64,000 nucleotides of DNA from Leucoraja ocellata (lineage: Eukaryota). Shown one piece after another: positions 28,678-41,925 of this stretch; the stretch's first letter is position 1; each line of letters begins with the position of its first letter. The stretch spans positions 806,001-870,000 of the forward strand of contig JAWMAR010000603.1 in NCBI GenBank assembly GCA_036785375.1, written 5' to 3'. Both the position numbers and the translations under genes were made by a program. The notes beneath the pieces were generated by a model. That model was not told the origin of the DNA. It saw nothing but the letters and a program-made list of their open reading frames with translations, and did no database searches.

Positions 28678-29517
28678 TGAGTAAGAAAGAACTGCAGATG
28701 CTGGTTTAAATCGAAGGTAGACACAAAATGCTGGAGTAACTCAGCGGGTGACTCGGCATCTCTGGAGAGAAGGAATGGGCGACGTTTCGGGTTGAGACCT
28801 TTCTTCAGACTGATGTCCGGGGAGGGGTTGGGACAAAGATAGAATGTAGGCGGAGACAGTAAGACTGGTGGGAGAACTGGGAAGGGGAAGGGGATGTAGA
28901 GAGAAAGCAAGGGCTATCTGAAGTTAGAGAAGTCAATGTTCATACCGCTGGGGTGAAAACTACCCAAGCGAAATATGAGGTGCTGTTCCTCCAATTTGTG
29001 CTGGGCCTCACTCTGACAATGGAGGAGGTCCAAGACAGAAAGGTCAGATGTTCCAGGTGTCAACTTCTCTACATCGCCGAAACCAACCACAGGCTTGGCG
29101 ATCGTTTCACTGAACACCTCCGCTCAGTCCGCCTTAACCTCCCTGATCTTCCGGTGGCTCAGCACTTCAACTCCCCCTCCCATTCCCAATCTGTCCTTTC
29201 TGTCCTGGGCCTCCATTGTCAGAGTGATGCCCAGCGCAAATTGGAAGAACAGCACCTCATATTTTGCTTGGGTAGTTTACACCCCAGCTGTAGGAACATT
29301 GACATCTCTAACTTCAGATAGCCCTTGCTTTCCCTCTCCATCCCCTTCCCCTTCCCAGTTCTCCCACTGGTCTTACTGTCTCCGTCTACATTCTATCTTT
29401 GTCCCGCCCCCTCCCCTGACAGAAGTCTGAAGAAGGGTCTTGACCCGAAATGTCGCCCATTCCCTCTCTCCAGAGATGCTGCCTCATCCGCTGAGTTATT
29501 CCAGTATTTTGAGTCTA
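28678..29517. mobile_element. Penelope-like fold-back element in the RFX7 3' UTR
   Basis: minus arm 28718-29049 and plus arm 29189-29517 are inverted copies; GIY-YIG remnant LLYIAETNHRLGDRFTEHLRS...LEEQHLIF. Confidence 0.9.
29427..29454 (+). ncRNA. Hammerhead motif, sense to the RFX7 3' UTR
   Basis: CTGAAGA-A-GGGTCttGACCC-GAAA-TGTC. Confidence 0.55.
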
Positions 29518-32500
29518 ACAAAGGAATTAGGTGCATTTACAAGCTCGGCTGCTGTCAGTAGGTAGATTTTAGCCCAGCGTCTTTTAAGATGCAACTTCAG
29601 GTCTCAAAATGCTTCATTGTGACTTTTCTTTTACGAGTTTAACTATTAATACGATTTAATAAGTTCTATTGAATTTAACAAGCAACAATATTTATACTGT
29701 TGTGTTTCAGCCACGTTTTCTTATTTTTGTTTGCTCTGTATTTCTTATTCGAAACATATAGAGGACTTGGCATTATGTACAATACTAAAAAACCTTTATA
29801 GTGATATCAGTGGGAACACTGTAATGCAATCCTTATATTACTCAAAACGTTATCTTGCAATTCACCCAATGTTGGATGCCTGAAACTGTCCATAAAGGGT
29901 GAAATAATACAAGTAATTGAGATACCACAACAGTAATGAAGAATTCTATTGCCAACCATATACTCTTATTGTCGGCAGTGTGATGCTTGCCTTGTAACAA
30001 GGAGGAATTCAACAGTCTGAATTTGGTAAAGCAAACAAATTAGTATATCATGCTAGTTGCTTTCCCACTTGAGACGCTGTTATGATACAACCTGACCATG
30101 GTATATTTCTCTGAGGTGTTGTAACAGTTATGTTAATCTATTTCAGAAGATTAACAACAGTGTTAAGCAGCACATGCAAGAATTAAACACAAATCAACTT
30201 GGGTGGTTTAAATCCTTTGTATCATTTGTAAAAGAGTATAGACTGTTCAATAAAATCAGTTGCTAGCTCTTAATGGTAAAAACATTCATGGTGCTTTATA
30301 AAAATTAGTTCATTACATAATTTACCTTTTTCTAGACTGATTGAGAGGATTCCCCAAATAAATTAAGTTCTATGAAAATATCATAAATGTCTCCATCCCA
30401 AGTATGGCACTTGTCTCCTGACAAACACTTTTCTTGTTGTCCACAACTCAAGAAATGGGTGAAACGAAAAGCTGCCCTCAAGGGAGTATTTTAAATTTGA
30501 TTCATATATAGTCCAATAGGATTTGATTTTTAATCAGGCCATGGTAAAACTTAGTTGCCTTTTTATTTATTCCCTTGCATATGGAGCTGCATTTTAAAGA
30601 CTACACGCCTTCCTATGCTGTTTAATGGATAAATGTGATATGCAAAATATGATCCTTGAACAACCTGAGTTGATTCCGCATTCCATGATTCTGTCTTGGC
30701 TATTCTCAAGGCTGATAACCTTCGATAGTCTTTTACAACTTATCAACTTATCAAAACTGAGAAGTGAGATGAGACTTTTGAGTTACCCATGTGATTGAAC
30801 AAAAAGAATCCAGGCAGAATGGTTGGCCTGTTTTATTAAAATGTATGCAATTCCTAGAAGAACTTGCTGTCTGAAAAGTGGTCTGAATTTTAGAAGCAAC
30901 AAGGATAAAAACATGAAATTAAGAAAACAGTTTAAAGTGTGAAGATTGCTCCTTTCGTGAGCAGGCACAATGGGCCGAATGGCCTCAGCTGATGTGAAAT
31001 GTAATGTTTTTATCATGTGAGAATTAAATTAATTTCAGCAACCCAAAACCAGCAATTCAAAAATTTGATTGTCAATTATCTCTAACTCCTGTTAGAAAAC
31101 TGAGCATTTTTCAGTATTCTCCTTTCCAACAAAACTGAAAACTACGTTTGCAGCACAATTAAAATAACTTGTTGAGTGATGTGAATCCAACATTTGTTTA
31201 ATTTTTAAAGTTGAAAGCCACATCATAAATTTAGTTCACATGCATAATTTTAGAAATCTTTGACCACAAGAGGGTGCTCCATTTTGTTGCAACTGAAGCC
31301 TTCTAAGATAGTTATCCCATTGAATTAGAAACAGTCATATTTCTAAAATCTGTAATGACAAATATAGCATAAACTGAATTTTCTCCTTATAGTTTGATTG
31401 TTCAGAATAATCATAATGATTATGGTTTGACACTTGATTATGTCCAGTCCCTCTCTGGAATTTATTTGTTAATTTTGCTATCATGAAATTTTGTTCATTG
31501 ATTTCCATATTTTTTTAAATAATGGGATTGTTTGTGAAGATGTACATGCTAGCTCATTCTTCATTTAGATTAACCCTTCTCAAACGCATCAATATTTATT
31601 CCAGTTGCAGAGTAAATTACTGATCATGAAGCGAACACCCATCCAGTGGATTTTAAAACTCAATTTTAAAAGCTGACCAACTAATTTACAGGAATAGATG
31701 TACACTATTGTAGTCGAGGTGTAGACTTATTCCACATATTCTCATTGCCTTTTGTGACACTGAAGACATGTTTTTTTTATCCAATCATATTTCAAGAACA
31801 AATTAATTTCCTAAATTCTTTCTTGATCTCTGTATTTGATTAAAATCTTAAATGAACAAAATATCCCTTTAACCAGTTGTAGGTAATGTAAATAGTTACG
31901 TTACTGGAGCAGCTGCCAAGAGTTTCTAACCATTGATCCAGAAAGTTCGAATCTCACCACAGCAGCTGGGAACTTTACTTTCAGATTAGTTTTATTAATT
32001 GAATTACAACTGGAATACTTAGCTGGATTGTCATTAGACACCTGCTTTGTTCACTAATGTCCATTCATGAACATTGCCACCCTTACCTCGTCTCAGCTAC
32101 CTACGACTCCTGATGCATCAACGTGATTGATTCTTATTTGCCACCTCAGGAACAATTAGAGATAGTAATAAATACAGCCAATTCCAGCATTTATTTAGTT
32201 TGTGAATAATATAAAGTTAGTGATTAAAGTTGTCCCATGAACAAATAGAAAAAAGTTAGTAATAAAATTTTAGAAAAAATGAAAACTTAAATTAAATTAT
32301 TTGTTTCCTATTACCATGCAATGTCTTTGCCTCCTCCATATCCAGATTATCATCTCCAAAAAAAATCTACGCATCACATTTGCATGCTTTCTCTATCAAA
32401 AATAAAGCTGAAAGCTGTACCTGGTTTTAGATCTAGTCTGGTTCTCAAGAGCACATGCAGAATTTGAAATAGCTTGCATTTAACCAGGACATTTTGTGCT

Positions 32501-32759
32501 AGCTTATTTCTGAATGGTGAGGACTAAAATGTTTTGCCACTGTCAATTTGTCTATAAAATAATGGATAGAAGCAAAAAGGCCCACTAGCCTATACACATG
32601 TGGACACTGCTATTCTCAATGGATCAGTATATATTCCTTGCATTACATTTTGTTATTGTCATTTATATTCCACATGCACTGCTTGATGTTCTTAGTTGGT
32701 AAACTTTTGAATGTTTTTTAAAATATATATATAAATATTTTATACCTTTAATTAGATTA

Positions 32760-33125
32760 GTCATGGATTCATACAGCAGAAAACAGTACATTTAGCTCAA
32801 AAGTTATATGCTGACCAAGATGCCTGTCTGAGCTAGTCCTTCTATTTTGACCCATATCGATCTAAACCTTTCATATCTATGCACATGTTCAAATATCTCT
32901 TAAACGATGTCATTGAAACTGCCTTAACCACTTCCTCTGGTGACTCGTTCCATATATCCACCACTCTGGGTGAGAAAGTTGTCACTAGGGTTTCTATTAA
33001 ATCTTAATCTTATGTCCTCTGGTTTTTACTCTGGGTAAAGGACTCTGTGCATTCATCCTATACCCCTCATGATTGTATAAACCCCTATACGATAGCCCCA
33101 CAGTCCTCTATGCTCTAAGGAATAA
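32760..33125 (-). mobile_element. Degenerate CR1-like LINE 3' end
   Basis: reverse-complement similarity to 56910-57210. Confidence 0.65.
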
Positions 33126-35300
33126 AGTGCTGAGTTTGGAGTGTTTTATCCTTATCCTCAACTTCCTGATACGTGTCTGTCAGGTGGACAGTCAACCTAT
33201 GGGCATCAATTATGCAGAACATAACATTGTGTTGCTCAACTAGTTATTTTAACTTGGTCAATTAATTTGCCTTGACAGTCAAAGAAAAGTTTCCAGAATG
33301 CATCAAATATACCCAATGATGTCACGATACTAGTTACATTTCATCAGTGTAGACTGATTCTTTGTTTAAGGCTATGGTATTAACATATACTTTATCCCTA
33401 TGATACTTTTACATTTGTGATTGCAGATTTAGTGATTCATGCTTTAACTGAAACAATTGACTGAAAGGCCAAGCACATCTTTAAACTTTAAAATTTTAAA
33501 GCATTTTTAAACATATTTGCCAATTAACCAAAATCTACAGTCTCTGTTTTCATCAATCTCTACAAAGGAAGGTCTTGCTAATTTTATTTTGATGTGAAGA
33601 AATGTGATCAATAGGTATTAACCAAGGGCAGAGCTGTTACATTACATATAATTTCTGTAATGTTTTAAAAGTCAATCCATATAATTATCGGGCTTGGAAA
33701 ATGATGAGCTGAGTAAATGGTTGAATGGAGAGGATGCGATGTACCAGTGATTTATTTTAAATCTGTCCAGTTGAAGAGTTTTCTGGAAAACTCTAAAAGT
33801 GGGCTATATATGTGTGGTTTTATGTATGGGGAATTGAAATGCTCATGAAAACTTTGGACATTTTTAATTCATATTTGTGTTTCTTTCCTTTTTTTTTAGT
33901 CTGCTTTTTAATATATGCACTTACAAAGAGGTTATCACTTTGGCAATCTCTGAAGTTTGATATTTTAATATTGACATATTAGCTATCACATTGTTGTTGA
34001 CATTCTGGTCCACTGGACCTGAACTGCTCAGCAGAGCACAAATAATCTACCTTTATCTAGCTGAAACAGCGCTGAGCGTAACATTGCATAGTTTTTAGCA
34101 AGAGGTTCTTACATAGGTTTGCACCTTAAGTATATTTGGAGATGCTTTTAATCTAAGTATATCCTCAGTTCTGAGTTCAGTGGATATATTTTGATCATAT
34201 TTTGCACTAGATGTCTAAAGGGAGTTTCTGGCCTGGCACATCTCTTAGGACAAATGTTAATCGTTACACAAACTAAGTTGTCATTTGAATTGATTTTAGA
34301 AGGTGAGACCATACATAAGATGAAATGTCATTGCAAAATGACATTTTGAGTGTTTTATGTAGCAGTGTACATTGATCTCAATGAGATAATTGTTTTTCTT
34401 AATTCTCTTGTATGAGAATATTAAAACGATGAAAATTTAACGTTCAGTTTTTCTTCACCATGTTAATAAATGATCACAAGTGTGCATGTGTGTTGTTGAA
34501 TTATATTGTACAGTGCTAGTTATATTCCAGTAACCTCTTTTTGCTGAAATGAATCTGGTTCTTTAAGGGCCAGGGATGCTCAATTAGACACATTACAAGT
34601 TATGTACCTTTTCTGAAGTTTACTAATTCACATTGGAAACGTTGAATATGTTATCACTTTTGTTCAATTGATTTGGGGAATTAGTGTTTGGTAAACTATT
34701 GTGGAAGGTGCTACAGTAATTTGCTATACATATATTTTTGCGAAATAAATTGCCATTAATGTGAGCTGATTGAAGATGATTTGGTTTCAGCAATTATAAC
34801 TAATACACATCAAGAGAAACTACAAGCATTGAACCCCAACTACTTACTACATCACAAGGTAATGCTGGCCTGTACCATCATTTTTATTTAGTGTAGATTT
34901 TTTTAAATGGTATTTGTGTATTGTACTGCTGAAAAACAAAATCAGTAGTGCAGTAATGTTGGAATAGCATTTCAGTTTAGCTTTTTTTTTTCTTATTGAT
35001 GAAAGTGCTCACAGATATTGTTGAAGTTTTGTAAATGGTTTCAAAAACCAATAAAAAAATTTTGTACCACATTCCAATCTGGAAAGCGTGTCATCATGTG
35101 CCTTCTGCTCTGGCAGGCAACCAGCAATCATTACCCTCATGGGTAAGTCCAGGAGAAACATTACATGGATTTGGATATGTACTTAATCACCAAGTGCCTT
35201 GGATAATTACAATAAGAAGCCTGTTCAACATGGAAGATAATAAATTGCTGTACTTTAAAACAAAAGGAACTGGTCCAGAACTACCATTCCAATCACAAAA

Positions 35301-35594
35301 TTTAGTTTAGTTTAGAAATACAGCGTGGAAACAGACCCTTCAGCCCACAGAGTTAATGCCTACCTGCGATCCCCAAACACTAGTTCTATCCTGCAGACTA
35401 GTGACACAGTCCGGAAGCCAAGTAACCTACACACCTGCTGTCTTTGGAATGTGGGAGGAAACAGGAGCACCCAGAGAAAACCCACGCAGTCACAGAGAGA
35501 ATGTACAAACTCCCTACAGGCAGCATGTGTAGTCAGAATCAAGCCCGGGTCTCTAGCGCTGTCTGTGGAAGCAACTCTACCGCTGTGCCGTCAC
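35301..35594 (-). mobile_element. tRNA-derived V-SINE/HE1-like SINE
   Basis: A-box GGCACAGCGG, B-box-like sequence, V-domain-like GGTTTTCTCTGGGTGCTCC..TTCCTCCCACA, CR1-like tail. Confidence 0.8.
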
Positions 35595-35599
35595 TTGTT

Positions 35600-36100
35600 T
35601 TAGACAGGTCTCATGGAATCCAGAATGATCCAGCCAATTGGATATAAAATTGGCTTGGAGGAAATAATCAGAGCATAGCAGTGGAGGTTGTTTTACCTAT
35701 TGGAGGCCTGTTACTAGTGATGTGCCATAGGGACTGGTGCTGAGTCCATTGATATTTATCACACTTGTTCAGGATTTGGATGACAACGGTGTAAGTTTTC
35801 AGGTGACACCAACAGTTTGTGGTTATAGTGGGCAGTGAGAGGGTTATCTAAGATTACAATAGGGTCTAGATAACTGGTAGTGAGTCAAAGAATGGTGGAT
35901 GGAATGTAACTTTGGATAAATGTGAGATGTTGCACTTCGGTAAATTAAACAAGGGCAGGACTTGCTCAGACAATTAGATGTATACATCGATAGGAAATGT
36001 TTAGAGGGATACGAGTCAAACGTAGGCAGATGGAATAGGTCAGCTAGACAACTTTGTCGGCATGAACGTGATGAACCAAAGGGCCTGTTTCTATGGCTCT
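35600..36100 (+). mobile_element. Degenerate CR1 RT fragments
   Basis: WRPVTSDVP*GLVLSPL and DKCEMLHFG motifs. Confidence 0.7.
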
Positions 36101-37852
36101 ATAATAACGACACATCAATGTTATGTGCAGTCTAAAAGTAATGTTGGGAGTCTTCTGGACTTTTAAGGTGAATACTAACTTAGCAGCTACTTAACCAATC
36201 ATGTTTTTATGCGTTCAACAGTTTCTTGCGCACCTTTGGATGAAAGATTGTTTAAATACACCATTGTGATATTAAATGGTAGAGGAGGAGTGAAATGTAT
36301 GGCTGGAGGGAAGGATATGGGTGGAAGGGACAGAGGAAGTTATCTTTCATCTCCGAGTTCTTTATTTCCCTTTCATCTTGCCTACTTTATCCATTTTGTC
36401 TGCTTTTCACCTCTAGCCTTTGTCACTCACCCCACCAATCTGCCAATCACTCTTCACTTGCGTGTATCCATTTGCTAGACGTGGCCCCACCCTTGGCTCT
36501 CTTTTCCAGCTTTCTCACACTTGCTCTGTATGTCAGAAGAAGGGTCCTGACCTGAAACATAATCTGCCCATTCCCTCGGATACCTCCTGACCTTTTGAGT
36601 TCCCTCCGACACTTTTTGAGTTGAATAAATGTCTCATCCAGTTGATTTACTCCAGCCTTTTGTGTCTATCTTCAGCTAATTTTAATGTTGATTCAGATGT
36701 TGTCTTGGGTCAGCTTGACAAATCTTCCCACAAATTCAAACGTGCCTGTTTTGGGGAACATTTTGGCACAAAAGCATGAAATGGAATAAAACAATAAATT
36801 GCTATGCCTTACAAAAATGAACTTTCTGATGAAGCTTAATGTGATAGCCATGCAAATTGAATACTCTGCTTTTTGTAATAGGGTAGGGATATTGTTTCAT
36901 GCAATGCATTCATGCTGTGTTCAGTAGCTTGGACAATGAACTTAAGATCACGCTATAATTACTGCAAATGGGTGTGACACGAGGCCAATTACATACTCAT
37001 GCAACTGGGGGGTAATTGTAGACTTCTCTGTACATTGGTATTAGTGCCTTGGGTAAATTACAGTTCACAAAGATGTTTCTAACATGAAAATCACAAACCT
37101 AAATCTCATTATCTTGGTAATATGTAATTTCCCCACACTGAAGGTTAAAAAATATGCACAATTACGAACATATCTCAGTTTGCTCTCAGATCGATTTGGA
37201 AGTAAATTTGATTCATATTTAGTCTTGTCAGTTAAACAGTCCTTTTGTGGTCATGTAGACTTGTGCTTTCTAAACATTTCAATCTGAGCACTGGGTGTAG
37301 AGCTTAAAGTCCTTTGAGAAAGGAAATTAAAAGTGAGTTGAAGTATTGAGCAAAACAATGTATTAGAGTAAATAAGCAGGCCAGGCTGTATCTGTGGAGG
37401 GAATGGACAGATAGTGTTTCAGAACAGCAACCTTTAAACAGATGGAGCAAAGGACAGGTAGTTCTGTCTCCGAAAAGGTCGTATGTCCTTTACCTTCACA
37501 GATACTGCCTGACTTGCTGAGTTACCCCAGCACTTTATGATACGCTCAAGATTTAAGCATCTTCAGTTCCTTGTGTCCCTGAGACGAAGTCGTCATGAGT
37601 TACCAGCTCACATTACAGGTATTTAGGCAGCACCTCAGTTCCTTGGCTGCAGAATCACCCAAGTATAAGTAGAAAAAGAGATTTATGACAGAATGTATCC
37701 TACACTAATTTTAGAGATAATACGTTGCTTTCCTGTTTCTTAAATGGGCAGAGAAATCTCTTTACAGCCATCCTTCTCGGGTAGAATTTACTATTCTAAT
37801 TTCTTCCAACCGCTCCACACACCTCCCCATCAATAGGTGAACACTTCTCAAT

Positions 37853-38159
37853 AAAAATACAGTGTTGGAGTAATTCAATGGGTCAGGCAGCATCTCTGGA
37901 AAACATGGATAAGTGACGCTTCGGGCCGGGATCCTTCTTCAGACTGAATGTAGGAAGTGAAGGATGGAGAAAGATGGATAAAGAGGTTGGGGCGTTACAA
38001 AACCAGGCAATTGATAGGCGGATGGGATTTTTGATAAAGGCCAGAGATGAAAGACTAAAGTAAGGATAGAAGTGTAAAATATTAAGCCAGAGGAAGGAAT
38101 ACAAGGGGATGGGTGGGAAAGGGAGCAATTGTCCAGCCATCTGGCTATCACCTCCCCCC

Positions 38160-38202
<43 letters not shown>

Positions 38203-38390
38203 ACCTCTCACTTGTCAAACCCGGTTTCCGCTCCATCCTCTCTTCATATCTTCTCCTCTTGCCCCCTTACAAACAGTCTGAAGAAGGGTCCCGGCCCAAA
38301 TGTCATGTTCTCCAGAGGTGCTGCATGACTCGCTGAGTTGCTCTGGCACTTTGTGTCTGTTTTTGTAAACCAGCTTCTGCAGTTCCCTGT
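37853..38390. mobile_element. PLE-derived fold-back element with two opposed hammerhead motifs and a central poly-C tract
   Basis: minus motif ~37915-37942, plus motif 38278-38304; 16-bp direct repeat GTGAACACTTCTCAAT at 37837-37852 and 38391-38406. Confidence 0.8.
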
Positions 38391-39849
38391 GTGAACACTT
38401 CTCAATCCTAGTCAGTACAAGTCTACATGGCACATATGTTCCCATATATTATATATTGACATGTGGAGTTGTACTGAGTAGGATTGCTAAGTGTTCACAC
38501 AAGCAACTGCAGATGCTGGTTTACAAAATAAAGATGCATATGGAAATGTACATAGCCCTTGACAATTAATTACATCTTTGGATGACACACGTTCCTATTT
38601 CTCATTCACAAGGCACTATCGTTAGAGGAACTGTTAAGAATACCAGGAGGTGGTGTATCTTTTCAAGGGGCAGGAACATTTGATTTCCACAAAATCATCC
38701 ATATATACTTAGAGTGCTTTGAACCTCCATCTTCAGTAATTTACCTCGAATGAAATTTATGGCTAAAAGTAATGTTACAAAAAATATAAATAATTTCTCA
38801 CAAGTATTGTTTATTCTCCAGAAAAAAAAAATCTCTGGCTCTTGATTTTCTTTGTGAGCTGGGAAATGTGTTGCCAAAGCATGAAAAGCACTGGCTATTT
38901 ATCTGTAAATGTTATGCTGTCTGCATAGGTGTTCCTCCCCCATCAATCAGGGAAGGTGTGTTGGCGCAATGTTCAGTAATGCGGTTATGACGACTAATTC
39001 TCAGGATTATTTACAGAGCTCGCCATGACCTGCTTATAATAAAGAACAGTGATGCAATGGAGATATTATCAGATACCTGAAATAATCCAGTGGAAGCCCA
39101 AATTCATAATTGTTTGTGAAGCTAAATTAATCTTAACGAAACTCCGTCCTGGAAATGGCAATATGATGGTACTATAAATACAAGAAACGGATAATCCCTT
39201 TCAAGATATTCCAATATCCATCAGAAAAATTTAAATATATTAAAACGTTGATATATTTTTGAGAACTCGCTTCTTCAGTTCTGCTTCCATGTATATCTGT
39301 CTCTGTGCACCTGTGATCTATCTAGTATTTGAAACTAATATACATGCTGTTTTATGTTCCTGCTTTCTCCCATCCATCCTCAGCATATTTCAAGCTCACT
39401 TCTCAGAACATCAGTCCCATTTTATCTAAATTTGCACCAGATTTGATAATTTTGTATAACAATAAAACAGAGAACACCAAACTCCGGAGGGCTCAGATGA
39501 CGGCTGGTCCACGAGTGGCTGCATGATAAGCAGGTAAATCTAGACTTTGCACATTGCACACCCTGCAGTTTAGTTAAGCGTCCCCTATTTTCAATTGGAA
39601 TCACCAATTTCTAATGTTATGGGAGAGAAAAGGGTTTGCTTAGAAGAACAAATTAATTCGGAATGACCAGACAGATTTGCCATTCATGTGAAAAATATCT
39701 GCGATGGATTTCTCCTAAATATATTTTATTGATAACAATCACATCAACTATAATCGGAATGCCGATATCTAACCACTCCACGAGCAATTCAATGCATTAT
39801 CTCACAGGATGTCAACATGAAACGCTGCATCAGTGAAGTGTGTGGGAGT

Positions 39850-40080
39850 CCTTCAGTCTCGTGGAGTTAAGACCAAAGATTATAGAGGTGGTCCTTTCCC
39901 ACAGATCTGTTCAGGCTGCACCGAGACCAGTGTCCCGCTCGCCACCTGTTCCTGCACCTGGGAATGTTGCAGCATTTGGTTGCAGAGGTCTTGCACTGGG
40001 GGACCAACGAGCTTCAGGCAGACCAAGGTGCGGCTTTGACTGAGTTGATTGTGATGTTGCACAGCGCCTGCCTGGGACCT
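39850..40080 (-). mobile_element. Tx1/L1-like LINE 3' ORF remnant
   Basis: INSVKAAPWSA*SSLVPQ..KCC resembles the Tx1 C-terminal INSVKDALWSARN.LVFQ motif. Confidence 0.5.
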
Positions 40081-40499
40081 GATGAGACTGAAAGGTTCGC
40101 TTTGGTCGGTTCCTCCCTTGAGAGCCGCGGGTGGCCTTTGCTCTCACTACTCATCCTAGAAACCGAACCCCTTGTAAACAGGACTAGCGGCGCACGCATC
40201 AAATGTCACTATTCCCCTAAACAAGGAAACTGCAACAAAACAAACTATCGGACTACAATGAACTGAAGATGCTGGAATCTTGCCTGGAACGCAAAGTGCT
40301 GGAGTAACTCCGCGGGTCTGGCAGTACCTCTTCCCCCAATTCTCTCCGTTCATTGCAAACAGTCTGAAGAAGAGTCCCGATGGAAACATTGCCTATTCTC
40401 CAGAGTTACTCCAGCACTTTCCACAAACGAACGAGGCATTTTGTTTTGCCAGAGGTCAGCTTCACACAGAATCTTGACCAGCTGATTTAAATCTAACAT

Positions 40500-40840
40500 G
40501 CAGTCAGAGTGATACAGCGTGGAAACGGGCCCTTCGGTCCAACTTGGCCACACCGACCAACGCGTATGTCCCTGCTACACCAGTCCCACTTGCATGCGTT
40601 TGGCCCATATCCTCTAAACCTCGTCTATCCACGCACCTGTCTAATTGTTTCTTAAATGTTGAGTCCTCGCCTCAGCTCAATCTCCTGGCAGCTCGTTCTA
40701 TACACCCACCACTCTTTGTGTTAAAAAGTTACCCCCTCTGATTCATATTAAATCCTTTCCCCCTTCACTTTAAACCCAAGTCTGGTTCTCGATGTCTCTT
40801 AGGGCAAGATCTATCCCTCTCATTATTTTATACACCTTAT
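40500..40840 (-). mobile_element. CR1-like LINE 3' end
   Basis: reverse complement of the family at 56910-57210. Confidence 0.8.
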
Positions 40841-40990
40841 ATAAAGAGAATACTACAAATACAGTGAGCTCAAACGCCAACGTGTTCAATTTGTAAATCC
40901 TTCAACAGAACTGTTTGATATTGAAGGTAGACACAAAATGCTGGAGTAACTCAGCGGGACAGGCAGCATCTCTGGAGAGAAGGAATGGGT

Positions 40991-41018
40991 GACGTTTCGG
41001 GTTGAGACCCTTCTTCAG
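40991..41018 (-). ncRNA. Hammerhead motif in a ~105-bp TSD-flanked mini-element
   Basis: reverse complement CTGAAGA-A-GGGTctcaACCC-GAAA-CGTC; TTTGATATT direct repeat at 40914-40922 and 41027-41035. Confidence 0.65.
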
Positions 41019-41229
41019 TCATTTATTTTGATATTCATCATCAGGCTCCAACGTTCAGATTCGGACCTTGTAGATTCTTTGTTTTAAAGATTCCTTTTGA
41101 TTGCTAATGTTACTTTATTTCAGAATGCAATTCTGCAATATCCAGCCGGTCTTAACCATGCGTTTCAATGTATCCACTGGAAGCGAGCAGCTACTCCACG
41201 TTGGTGACTGTGTCTCTTATTTTGGTTAC

Positions 41230-41925
41230 TTTGGGCGTGGCTGTTGCTGTTGCGGGGTGGGCGGGCTCGGCTCGGCTCGGCACGACTCAGCTCGGCAAGT
41301 TTTCAGCGGCGGCTGCAGGGGAGTGATCGGGCGGCATGCGAGTCTGGAGTCTCAATCCCCGGAGAGAGGAACGGGCTTCACCGAGCAACAACAGCCGTCT
41401 ACCCTCCTCACACCATGGCATCGTTACCCGAAGTACGCGGCATCTCCACGGATGAGGTAAACATGCCCAGGCGCTACTTGTTTAACACCGCCACCCAAAG
41501 CAAAGATCTCCGGGGCTGATTGCTACTCTGTGCCGCGGCCGGGCCGAGCCGGGAGAGGGGGGACCCGCTTCCTCGCCCGTCCTTGTGACCAGGAGCTGTC
41601 TTGTACCGGCGGGGCCGGGTGGTGAATCCTGATCCCCGACAACTGGGCTTCCACCCACCGCCACCGCCACCTCTCCCCTCCACCCTCCTCTCTCCCCGGG
41701 AGAAGAAGGTCTTCCAGAGTTCAGGCCTACATATCCCACGTATCAGGGCTCGCCAGCTTCCAAGCCCGAAGCCAATTTGTTGCTAATTCGAGGCCGGTCA
41801 CCGCCCCCCAAAGATACTAGAGGATACTAGCTGTAGCTCCTCTTGTATCTTTGCCGCTCGCCCCCTCCCCAAACCCCACCGTCGCTTCTGGTCACTAACG
41901 CGCCGATTTGTCGTTTGCAGGAAGG
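41230..41925 (+). promoter_or_regulatory. NEDD4: CpG island / promoter and 5' region of NEDD4
   Basis: GC- and CpG-rich island in an AT-rich background; GC boxes (GGGCGTGGC ~41233, GGGTGGGCGGG ~41255); (GGCTC)n; contains the first coding exon. Confidence 0.8.
41415..41456 (+). CDS. NEDD4: NEDD4 E3 ligase first coding exon (MASLPEVRGISTDE)
   Basis: Kozak cacc-ATG-G; GAG|gtaaac donor; resembles the vertebrate NEDD4 N-terminus (MA...EV.G...DE); lies downstream of RFX7 on the same strand, as in the known vertebrate RFX7-NEDD4 arrangement. Confidence 0.8.

Larger units (their letters stand above)
28427..35075 (+). other. RFX7: Probable long RFX7 3' UTR
   Basis: AU-rich, mostly repeat-poor sequence after the stop; AATAAA candidates include 30249, 34465, 34744 and 35050; repeat density rises after ~35300. 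The true end is not determinable from sequence. Confidence 0.5.

Noticed and set aside
37883-38336. Poly-Gly and poly-Pro ORFs
   Set aside because: Translations of a poly-C tract inside a repeat; homopolymer length is also unreliable.
40079-40100. CTGATGA-GACT-GAAA as another hammerhead
   Set aside because: No stem II can form from 4 nt and the family tail is absent; probably chance.
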